Origin: an uncultured Candidatus Saccharibacteria bacterium
Lineage (GTDB): Bacteria > Patescibacteriota > UBA1384 > XYA2-FULL-43-10 > 1-14-0-10-43-13
Direction: 5' to 3'
DNA length: 32,000 nt
NCBI GenBank assembly: GCA_964543385.1
Contig: CAZIYE010000002.1
Coordinates: forward strand, 30,001-62,000
The notes beneath the pieces are model-generated. The model saw nothing but the letters and a program-made list of their open reading frames with translations. It had not been told where the DNA came from and did not search any database. The stretch's first letter is position 1. Every line of letters begins with the position of its first letter. The position numbers and the translations under genes are program-made. Shown here piece after piece: positions 16,553 through 24,369 of this stretch.

Positions 16553-17230
16553 TTACTCGGTTTTTTTCTCTTCAGCCTTTTTCTCTTCAGCGCCTTCTTC
16601 AGCTGGAGCTTCACCCTTGTTTTCAACTTCGATAGCCTCAACATCTTCCACGATCTCTTCGTTTAGAGCCTCCATTTCAGCTTCGCTTCGTGGCTCCTGA
16701 ACAAATGCAATAATTTCTTCTAGATCACTCAAAATTTCAATAGTTTCAGGGAGTTTAAGATCGGAAACTTTAATATTTTTTTCGAAATCATCCAATACAG
16801 ATATATCGACTGTAATTTCGGACATAAGATCACCCGGCAAACACTCAACCTCGATAGAATCAACAGGAGTGATTAGGGAACCTTCTAGATTTATAACAGC
16901 GTTTGAATCGCCAACAAATTCTAATGGGATTTCAGCATGAATCTTTTCTTTCATATTTACCTTTAAGAGGTCGATATGAATGATGTCTCCGGAGATTGGA
17001 TCAATTTGAGTGTCGTGAACCAATACTTTGAACTTTTTTTCACCAGCAGTAACATCTATAAGATTGGAAGTTCCAGCATCTTTAAAAATTTTTTCGAAAT
17101 CTATTCTATCTACGGCGATTGCTATTGGCTCAAAATGTTTACCATAAACAACAGCAGGAATCTTGCCTTCTTGTCTAAGCTTATTGGCTTTTGCATTTTT
17201 TTCAGTGGTCTTGAGTTTAAACTCTGTCAT
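16553..17230 (-). CDS. rplY: Ribosomal protein bL25 / CTC family
   Basis: N-term KTTEKNAKANKLRQEGKIPAVVYG, LVHDTQIDPISGDIIHIDLLKV, acidic C-terminal tail. Confidence 0.88.
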   Translation of the reverse strand: MTEFKLKTTEKNAKANKLRQEGKIPAVVYGKHFEPIAIAVDRIDFEKIFKDAGTSNLIDVTAGEKKFKVLVHDTQIDPISGDIIHIDLLKVNMKEKIHAEIPLEFVGDSNAVINLEGSLITPVDSIEVECLPGDLMSEITVDISVLDDFEKNIKVSDLKLPETIEILSDLEEIIAFVQEPRSEAEMEALNEEIVEDVEAIEVENKGEAPAEEGAEEKKAEEKKTE

Positions 17231-17242
17231 TTTTACCTTAAA

Positions 17243-17563
17243 TTATTTATTGGTATTGTTATTTTTTGAATTTTCAAATAGATTTTCGAAACTTCCATTA
17301 AAATCTTTAAAAAACTTGTATGTTTCGATTACATCGTTAGAGGTAATTTCAGTTCTCCTAGCCATAGAAGCAGGCGATTGCTTTGCTAGACTTACAGTAG
17401 CCAGTAGGGGCATGTGGCTCGAACAGTTGAGTTCTAGGAAAACCAATGAATCAACAACACCACGGATCTGAATCAAAGGAAAATCGTACGATTTGCCGCA
17501 CTGAGGGCAACGTACATTTTTCTGAACAGTTACAAGTAATTTGTATAGATCTTGATGATTCAT
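17243..17563 (-). CDS. Hypothetical CxxC-containing protein
   Basis: 106-aa ORF with VRCPQCGKSYDFPLIQI. Immediately upstream of rplY. Confidence 0.6.
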   Translation of the reverse strand: MNHQDLYKLLVTVQKNVRCPQCGKSYDFPLIQIRGVVDSLVFLELNCSSHMPLLATVSLAKQSPASMARRTEITSNDVIETYKFFKDFNGSFENLFENSKNNNTNK

Positions 17564-17623
17564 AATACCACGAAATTATAGCTCTTTAAGGGTCAAAAGT
17601 CAAGCTCAGAGCCGTTTAGCCTA

Positions 17624-19630
17624 TTAGATATTCTGCTCCATAATCGCAATTTGGTCTCTTAGTTCTGCTGCTCTCTCAAATTCCAACTTTAGGGCAGCCA
17701 TTTCCATCATCTTTTTCATCTCCTTGATGATATGATATTTTTCTTTCTTGGGTAATTTGTTAAACTCACCATCAATTTTTGACAGTCTCTGTTCTTCTTC
17801 AATTATTTCAGGCGAAACATCCTTTTGTATACTCAAGGGAGTGATATTATGTTTTTGATTAAATTCTTCTTGCATTTTTCGTCGCTTTGACGTCTCATCT
17901 ATAGTTAGCTTCATGGATTTAGTAATATTATCGGCATACATTATCACCCTTCCTTCAACATGTCTCGCTGCTCTTCCGGCTGTTTGGGTTAGGGAAGTTG
18001 CACTTCTTAAGAACCCTTCTTTATCCGCGTCCAAAATAGCAATCAGTGATACTTCTGGAAGATCTAATCCCTCTCTAAGTAAATTTATTCCCACTAAAAC
18101 GTCAAATTTACCCAATCGAAGTTTATGGAGTATTTCTAACCGCTCGAGTGTTACGATATCTGAGTGGAGATAGGCAACTTTAATATCCTTTTCTAGTAGA
18201 AAATCTGTTAATTCTTCAGCCATTCGTTTAGTAAGGGTGGTAACAAGCACCCGCTGATTTTTCTTTGTAGTTAATGTGATTTCAGAAATAAGATCATTTA
18301 TTTGGTTCTTAGTTTTTCTTACTTCTATCACTGGGTCAAGCAATCCGGTAGGACGAATAAACTGTTTAATAATCGCGTCATACTTTTTATGATTTTCCCC
18401 TACAATATTTTCTTCCGAACTTTTCAATAGTTCATATTGTCCTGGGGTTGCAGAGACAAAAACTACCTGATTTATTTTCTTATAAAACTCTGGGTATCTA
18501 AGCGGTCTATTATCATAAGCCGAAGGAAGTCTGAAGCCATAATCAACCAATTTATTTTTTCTAGATCTGTCTCCCTCAAACATCGCTCCTATTTGTGAGA
18601 CGGTAATATGTGATTCATCAATGAACATCAAGAAGTCCTTCGGAAAATAATCAATCAATGTAGTCGATGGTTCTCCCGGTTTTCTATCATCAAAATATCT
18701 TGAATAGTTCTCGATTCCAGAGCATGTCCCGGTTTGCTCAATCATTTCTATGTCAAAATTAGTTCTCTGCTCAATTCTTTCTGCTTCAAGCAATTTTCCT
18801 GATTTCTTAAACTCTGCTATTTGAATGTGTAAATCGTTTCTAATCTCTACGACGGCACGTTTAAGTTTTTCTGGTGGTGTCATGAAGTGTGTTACTGGAA
18901 ATACTTCAAATTCATTGAAATTTTTAAGACCGTTTCCTGTTATCCAATCCATTTCCTGAATTCTCTCAACGACATCTCCAAAAAAATCAATTTTATAAGA
19001 ATTATTTGAGTAGGCTGGCATCAGTTCTAGAGTATCACCTTTGAGTCTGTATGATCCTCTCTTGAGATCAATATCGTTGCGTTCGTATTGTAGGACGTTA
19101 AGTCTTCGTAGAAATTCATTCCTATCAATCTTTTCTCCTACTTTGAAGAAGAAATTTTCCCCGAGATAAAATTCAGGTGAACCTATACCATATATACAGG
19201 AAACAGAAGCGACGATGATCACATCTTTTCTAGTCAGCAATGCATGAGTAGCAGCATGGCGTAATCTTTCGATCTCATCATTTATCGATGAGTCTTTCTC
19301 TATGTACGTATCTGAATTGGGGATATAAGCTTCTGGCTGGTAGTAGTCATAGTACGAAACAAAGTAGTGTACTTCATTCTCTGGAAAGAATTCCCTGAAT
19401 TCGTCGGCAAGCTGAGCGGCTAATGTTTTATTGTGGGCTATAACAAGTGTTGGTTTCTGCACATTCTGGATAATATTGGCCATTGTAAATGTTTTACCAC
19501 TACCAGTTATACCCCAAAGTGTCTGATGTTTAACACCTTTTTCAATATTCTTCGTTAAACTAGAAATAGCTTCCGGTTGATCACCGGCAGGCTGATATTT
19601 CGATTGAATTTTAAAATTATTTTGAATCAT
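17624..19630 (-). CDS. uvrB: Excinuclease ABC subunit B
   Basis: Walker A LWGITGSGKTFTMA, YYQPEAYIPNSDTYIEKD, FIDESHITVSQIGAM, GLDLPEVSLIAILDADKEGFLRS, C-terminal UVR motif. Confidence 0.97.
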   Translation of the reverse strand: MIQNNFKIQSKYQPAGDQPEAISSLTKNIEKGVKHQTLWGITGSGKTFTMANIIQNVQKPTLVIAHNKTLAAQLADEFREFFPENEVHYFVSYYDYYQPEAYIPNSDTYIEKDSSINDEIERLRHAATHALLTRKDVIIVASVSCIYGIGSPEFYLGENFFFKVGEKIDRNEFLRRLNVLQYERNDIDLKRGSYRLKGDTLELMPAYSNNSYKIDFFGDVVERIQEMDWITGNGLKNFNEFEVFPVTHFMTPPEKLKRAVVEIRNDLHIQIAEFKKSGKLLEAERIEQRTNFDIEMIEQTGTCSGIENYSRYFDDRKPGEPSTTLIDYFPKDFLMFIDESHITVSQIGAMFEGDRSRKNKLVDYGFRLPSAYDNRPLRYPEFYKKINQVVFVSATPGQYELLKSSEENIVGENHKKYDAIIKQFIRPTGLLDPVIEVRKTKNQINDLISEITLTTKKNQRVLVTTLTKRMAEELTDFLLEKDIKVAYLHSDIVTLERLEILHKLRLGKFDVLVGINLLREGLDLPEVSLIAILDADKEGFLRSATSLTQTAGRAARHVEGRVIMYADNITKSMKLTIDETSKRRKMQEEFNQKHNITPLSIQKDVSPEIIEEEQRLSKIDGEFNKLPKKEKYHIIKEMKKMMEMAALKLEFERAAELRDQIAIMEQNI

Positions 19631-19660
19631 TTAGTGTAGTTGATTGCAGCTACCGGTCTA

Positions 19661-19688
19661 TTGACTTAATTCCTAAAAGTGGTACTAT
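19661..19688 (+). promoter_or_regulatory. Promoter for the orphan 81-aa gene
   Basis: TTGACT-N16-TACTAT. Confidence 0.6.
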
Positions 19689-19720
19689 AGCTGCTATATC
19701 CAATAATAAACCATACCATT

Positions 19721-19817
19721 TTTAGAGACCAGAGTCTAGGGTAAATGTATTCTAACCCTGCTCTCTAAATCCCCATATTTTTATGATAGAGAGCAGTGTC
19801 TCAGAACCCCTAGGAGG
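19721..19817 (+). promoter_or_regulatory. Candidate structured 5' leader with mutually exclusive hairpins
   Basis: TTTAGAGA(19721-19728)/TCTCTAAA(19762-19769) competes with CTGCTCTCTA(19758-19767)/TAGAGAGCAG(19787-19796). CTAGGG(19736-19741) can pair with CCCTAG(19808-19813) next to SD AGGAGG. Confidence 0.5.
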
Positions 19818-19826
19818 TATCGAGTT

Positions 19827-20072
19827 ATGGCAAAGCGATCTAATCCCAGCACCAAAGGTGCCAAAAAGCCGGCAACGGAAGCGAAATTGCCTGGCTGGCT
19901 GCGCAATATTGCGCGTCGTGCCAAAGCCATGATTGAGCGTGGCCAACAGGTCATTCTGCTCATCAAAGGCAAAATCCGCGTCGGTCTTGCTTGCAAGGCC
20001 AAGGAGGTAGCTGATACCATCCTTGAAATTAGCAAGCGGCATCAGACCAAAGCAATCCAGATCGCTGCATAA
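19827..20072 (+). CDS. Small basic hypothetical protein, GC-rich codon usage
   Basis: Strong SD TAGGAGG 9 nt upstream of the ATG. 81 aa, MAKRSNPSTKGAKKPATEAKLPGWLRNIARRAKAM... Confidence 0.7.
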   Translation: MAKRSNPSTKGAKKPATEAKLPGWLRNIARRAKAMIERGQQVILLIKGKIRVGLACKAKEVADTILEISKRHQTKAIQIAA

Positions 20073-20091
20073 GCAGCAACATCGCAACACA

Positions 20092-20122
20092 CTCCGGCTC
20101 GTACTGGGTACGAGCCGGAGTA
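20092..20122 (+). terminator. Perfect GC-rich hairpin after the orphan gene (no U-run)
   Basis: ACTCCGGCTCGTAC-TGG-GTACGAGCCGGAGT, then ACCCCCCC. Confidence 0.5.
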
Positions 20123-20148
20123 CCCCCCCCAAGAAGAAGTCAATTGAA

Positions 20149-20814
20149 TTACTTTATTATATCTCTTTTATCATCTCGCCATTCGGCGATTTTTTTGTGA
20201 TCTCCAGATAGCAGTACCTCTGGCACTTTCCATCCGTTATAATCTATAGGTCTAGTATATTGAGGATATTCTTTTAGATAATTACCATTTTCGTCTTTTT
20301 TCATGAAAGTTTCCTCGACTTCTGAGCCCTCTGATAGTACGCCAGGTATCATTCTTGAAACGGCATCTATTATACACATGGCTGGAATCTCTCCACCGGT
20401 TAAAACAAAATCGCCGATAGAAATCTCTTCATCAATAAGGTGCTCCCTGATTCTTTCATCAAATCCCTCATAATGGCCACAAACTAATATTATTCTTTTA
20501 TATTTTGCTAGCTCAATCGCTTTTTCTTGATTAAATCTATTACCTTTTGGAGTAAGCAAAATAGTTCTTATTTTATCTGGCTCTTGGTCTTTTATATCCG
20601 TAATAGCTTTGTCCATCACGTCGATCTTCAAAACCATACCTTTGCCACCACCACATGGCGTGTCATCAACAGTTTTGTGTTTGTCAGTCGCATAGTCTCG
20701 AAGATTGTGACAAGCGATATTAACTAGCTTCTTTTCGCTAGCACGTTTAATGATGCTCTCTGAGAGAGGTCCATTGAACATTTCTGGAAATAATGTGATG
20801 ATGTCGAATTTCAT
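20149..20814 (-). CDS. trmD: tRNA (guanine-N1)-methyltransferase
   Basis: FDIITLFPEMF, CGHYEGFDERI, SIGDFVLTGGEIPAM, PQYTRP. Confidence 0.96.
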   Translation of the reverse strand: MKFDIITLFPEMFNGPLSESIIKRASEKKLVNIACHNLRDYATDKHKTVDDTPCGGGKGMVLKIDVMDKAITDIKDQEPDKIRTILLTPKGNRFNQEKAIELAKYKRIILVCGHYEGFDERIREHLIDEEISIGDFVLTGGEIPAMCIIDAVSRMIPGVLSEGSEVEETFMKKDENGNYLKEYPQYTRPIDYNGWKVPEVLLSGDHKKIAEWRDDKRDIIK

Positions 20815-20880
20815 TTGATTGTTAACTAATTTAAATAGGTTTATTGATTATAAATCTATCATATATTCTTGTAACTCTTA

Positions 20881-20952
20881 AAAAAAGAGCCGCCAAGCTT
20901 TAGTCAGTCTCGGCTAGGCCGATCCTAGACGGAAGCTTGTGGCGGTCTCTTT
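20881..20952 (-). terminator. Long hairpin / terminator between khpA and trmD
   Basis: On the minus strand GAG-ACCGCCA-C-AAGCTT ... AAGCTTGGCGGCTC followed by TTTTTTT. Internal TCGGC-CTA-GCCGA hairpin. Confidence 0.65.
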
Positions 20953-20967
20953 TATATAGTATCTATA

Positions 20968-21300
20968 TTATGCTAATACATCGTTTGGAACATCATCCAT
21001 AACATTGCTTGTAGTATCTTCTTCTTTATCTTCTCTGACAACTCTTTCAGATCCTTCTGGCTCAACTATTTTCAAATTCAATCTGGCATTATTCTTTGCG
21101 CCGAAGACTCTAAGTAAAGTTCTAATCGCTTTGGCAGTCTTACCATCTTTACCAATAATTTTGCCCATGTCTTCTGGATTCACATAGAGTTTGATTAAAA
21201 CGCCACGTTCATCGATTGTTCGCTCTGTTTTTACATCAGCGGGATTGTCGACAATTGCTTTTACTACGTCTTCAACAAACTTTTCATCTGCTTCTGTCAT
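20968..21300 (-). CDS. khpA: KH-domain RNA-binding protein
   Basis: FVEDVVKAIVDNPADV, NPEDMGKIIGKDGKTAKAIRTLLRV (KH GxxG). Confidence 0.88.
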   Translation of the reverse strand: MTEADEKFVEDVVKAIVDNPADVKTERTIDERGVLIKLYVNPEDMGKIIGKDGKTAKAIRTLLRVFGAKNNARLNLKIVEPEGSERVVREDKEEDTTSNVMDDVPNDVLA

Positions 21301-21374
21301 AATTTCCTTTCTTAGCATCGATTGCAGTTTCGATGCGGGTTTACTAATATATCAGGCTAATGATAGCTAATTTG

Positions 21375-21785
21375 TTATTTCTCTTCAACAGCTGGTTCTA
21401 CAACCTCTTCGGCTTCAACAGGTGCTTTTGTTTGTGATTCTTCACTGATTGCTTCCTCTGTTATAGCAGGCTCTGCGGTATCTGCCTCTGCCTTTTCTTC
21501 TTTAACTGGGGCTTTTGCATATACTTTTTTGGCTTTCGCATCTTTTGCTAAAATACCAAGATCGCACATAAGATTGCGGACCGTGTCAGAGGGTTGTGCA
21601 CCCATGCTAATCCAATACAAAGATCTTTCTTTGTTTATAACAAGACCTTTTGGATTAGAAGCAGGATTATAGTGCCCAAGAATTTCAATAGATTTTCTCT
21701 TTACTGCTCTTTTGTGATCAGCTACTACTACACGATATGCAGGGCTGTTTTTCTTACCGACTCTGGTTAATCTGATTCTTAACAT
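21375..21785 (-). CDS. rpsP: 30S ribosomal protein S16 with acidic C-terminal extension
   Basis: MLRIRLTRVGKKNSPAYRVVVADHKRAVKRKSIEILGHYNP. Confidence 0.95.
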   Translation of the reverse strand: MLRIRLTRVGKKNSPAYRVVVADHKRAVKRKSIEILGHYNPASNPKGLVINKERSLYWISMGAQPSDTVRNLMCDLGILAKDAKAKKVYAKAPVKEEKAEADTAEPAITEEAISEESQTKAPVEAEEVVEPAVEEK

Positions 21786-21829
21786 TATTCTCCTAAATTA
21801 CAAAAATTCACTATTAAAATAACAAATTA

Positions 21830-23152
21830 TTAGCTAAATGTCAATTCTGTACGATAGCCCCTTTTAAAATCTTCGTAGGTCATTTCATTCTTGCCTTCAG
21901 GCTTGACTCGATCTAGCGCATAGGTCAAATCCTTCTCAAAATGACCGGCAATCAATTGCACTTTTTTGTCTTTTACAACTGCGAATGCCTTTGGCCAGTC
22001 GCTAAATGCTCTAATTTTTCTGTCTACTATCTCTTTGGGTGTATCTGCGTCGACAAATCCATCTTCTTTTTTGAAAAGTCGATTGTATGTTGCCTTGCTA
22101 TCATCTTGGGGTGTTGGTTCTAGATCCTTGGTCAGATAATAAGGGATAGAATTAACCAGAAGCGAAGCACCAATTTCTGCTAAGTAAGGTTTTAAAATAG
22201 TTGTTGTCTCTGTGCCACGAAGCTGGACACTAGCCTGTGAAATGATGTCACCAGCATCCATTTTTTCGCCAGTCAATATTAGAGATACTCCGGTAACCTT
22301 ATCACCGTCTAAAATTGTTTGTTGAATCGGTGATGGTCCTCTGTGCTGAGGCAAAAGAGACGGATGGATATTTATTATGCCAAATTCTGGAATATCAATT
22401 ATATCTTTACTAATGATCTGTCCAAAATCGGCCATTATCCCAAGCTTCGGTTTCAGTGCTTTAATTTTTTCAACAATGTCAGGAGATTTAATATTGTCGG
22501 TTTTGATTATTGGTAGATTATATCTGTTTGCAATCTCCTCAATTGGATTTTTCTTTTTATTATGTTTTCTGGAAACAGCCTGGGAATTGCCGGTTATGAC
22601 TGCCCTGATCTTATATTGGGGATCAATAGCTAAAATTTCTAGAGCATCGATGCCGAGAGTTCCAGTACCTATAAATATAACGTCTATCTCTCGGATATGG
22701 TCAATTAGTAGAGTTGAATTTAAATGGTCAATTTCATGTTGAAGTACTCTCGAGAATAGGCCAGTTGCCTCGATAGTCAGATTATTTCCTAATCGATCTT
22801 TGCCAGTCACAGTAACGTCGCTAGGTCTCTTAACAATTATCTCTAAGCCAGGAAAAGACAGACACCCCTCCACCATATTTCTAGATGATTTCGATCTTTT
22901 AGTTATTTTTGGGTTGCAAATAACTGTCAGGGGAAAGGATTTAAATCTTGAGTCCTCTTCGGCCTTGTATTCGCAAACTATTACTTTTTTTGAACTTTTG
23001 ACTTGAGGAGCGGCAAGGCCAACGCCATTAGCAGCTCTCATGGTATCAATCATATCATCTATGAAGGCTTGAAATTCCATACCAAAATCGCTGACCTCTT
23101 CGGTCTTGGCTCTAAGAATTGGATTGCTAGTTTTTATTATTTCTAATTTCAT
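21830..23152 (-). CDS. Bifunctional fusion: peptide deformylase + methionyl-tRNA formyltransferase
   Basis: PDF motifs GVGLAAPQ, EGCLS, QHEIDH. Fmt motifs IINIHPSLLPQHRGPSPIQ and MDAGDI in the same uninterrupted 440-aa frame. Confidence 0.93.
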   Translation of the reverse strand: MKLEIIKTSNPILRAKTEEVSDFGMEFQAFIDDMIDTMRAANGVGLAAPQVKSSKKVIVCEYKAEEDSRFKSFPLTVICNPKITKRSKSSRNMVEGCLSFPGLEIIVKRPSDVTVTGKDRLGNNLTIEATGLFSRVLQHEIDHLNSTLLIDHIREIDVIFIGTGTLGIDALEILAIDPQYKIRAVITGNSQAVSRKHNKKKNPIEEIANRYNLPIIKTDNIKSPDIVEKIKALKPKLGIMADFGQIISKDIIDIPEFGIINIHPSLLPQHRGPSPIQQTILDGDKVTGVSLILTGEKMDAGDIISQASVQLRGTETTTILKPYLAEIGASLLVNSIPYYLTKDLEPTPQDDSKATYNRLFKKEDGFVDADTPKEIVDRKIRAFSDWPKAFAVVKDKKVQLIAGHFEKDLTYALDRVKPEGKNEMTYEDFKRGYRTELTFS

Positions 23153-23186
23153 TTGGTAATAACATTAATGGTTATATAAAAAATAT

Positions 23187-24356
23187 CTATGATTTGCCAT
23201 ACCCATTTGGATGGGTTTCATGCCATTTCCATGCAGTGCTTGCCATATCATCAACAGAATATTGGGCTTCCCATTTTAAGATTTCGTTTGCCTTTTTTGA
23301 GCTAGCATACGAAGCAACCGGATCTCCCGACCTTCTTGTCGAAATAATATAATTTACTTTTCTATCGCTTGCTTTTTCTACAGCCCTAATAATTTCCATC
23401 ACGGTAGATCCTTTACCTGTTCCAAGATTGAAAATGTCTGATCGTTCTGATTTTAGTAGATATTGCAATGCTTTAACGTGGCCATTTGCTAAATCTACAA
23501 CATGAATATAATCTCTGACACCGGTCCCATCCTTTGTAGGGTAATCATTGCCGAATATTTCAAGTTTGTCTCTTTTGCCCATAATCTGACACATGGTAAC
23601 TGTCATTAGAGTGGTTGGGCTTGGTTTGTCTTCTCCTATAGTGCCATCAATTAACGCGCCACAAACATTAAAATATCTTAATACAATTCCTTTGAGTCCA
23701 AAGAGCTTGTCATATTTCTTCATAATTATTTCATCGAGGAGCTTTGATAACCCATAAATTGACGCAGGTATTCTAAGCATAGACAGATCATCTTCTGTCA
23801 GCTTCAGTTCTGGTCTGTTGGAAATCAAATTATTGTAAAGATCGATAAACTTTAAGAAAAAATCTTCCCCGGATGTTTCAACTCCATCGAATTTCCCCGG
23901 TAATAGGCATGATGCAGCTGGTTTAAATCTTGAAGTATATTTCTCTTTCAGGGGGAAATCTTCATCTTTGAGTGGATTGCCATAAGTAGAAGCTGTTGAC
24001 GATTTGATAATAAATTTACAACCATTTTCAACCATTACGTCTAGGAGGTTTATAAAGTTTTCAACGTTATTCTTGAAATATTTCTCAGGCTTTTCCATTG
24101 ATTCACCAACAGCAAGATAGGCTGCAAAGTCAATTATTGCGGTTGGTCTATGTTTTTTTAATATTGCATCCATTGCTTTTTTATCACCAACATTTGCAAT
24201 TTCTAATTCTGCTAAGTCAGCAATAGCTTCTTTGTGCCCATTCTCAAGACTATCAACTACTACTACATCATAACCACAGGAAACTAGTTCCTTAACCGTG
24301 ATACTTCCTATGTAGCCAGCACCGCCAGTGACTAAAATTGTCTGTTTGTTTTCCAT
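23187..24356 (-). CDS. galE: UDP-glucose 4-epimerase with internal insertion
   Basis: TILVTGGAGYIGSITVKEL, YGLSKLLDE (YxxxK), RYFNVCGA, RDYIHVVDLA, ARRSGDP-like STRRSGDPVASYAS. Confidence 0.88.
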   Translation of the reverse strand: MENKQTILVTGGAGYIGSITVKELVSCGYDVVVVDSLENGHKEAIADLAELEIANVGDKKAMDAILKKHRPTAIIDFAAYLAVGESMEKPEKYFKNNVENFINLLDVMVENGCKFIIKSSTASTYGNPLKDEDFPLKEKYTSRFKPAASCLLPGKFDGVETSGEDFFLKFIDLYNNLISNRPELKLTEDDLSMLRIPASIYGLSKLLDEIIMKKYDKLFGLKGIVLRYFNVCGALIDGTIGEDKPSPTTLMTVTMCQIMGKRDKLEIFGNDYPTKDGTGVRDYIHVVDLANGHVKALQYLLKSERSDIFNLGTGKGSTVMEIIRAVEKASDRKVNYIISTRRSGDPVASYASSKKANEILKWEAQYSVDDMASTAWKWHETHPNGYGKS

Positions 24357-24369
24357 AAAATCCCTAAAT

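Noticed and set aside
19752-20132. 126-aa minus ORF, and the 84-aa minus ORF at 19781..20035
   Set aside because: They are antisense to the SD-bearing 81-aa + ORF and its leader and 3' hairpin, with no supporting start signal or motif.
22377-22742. 121-aa + ORF
   Set aside because: It is fully antisense to the well-supported def-fmt gene; an ORF-caller shadow. The same applies to 4018..4350, 26454..26840, 26853..27380, 28851..29183 and similar ORFs.
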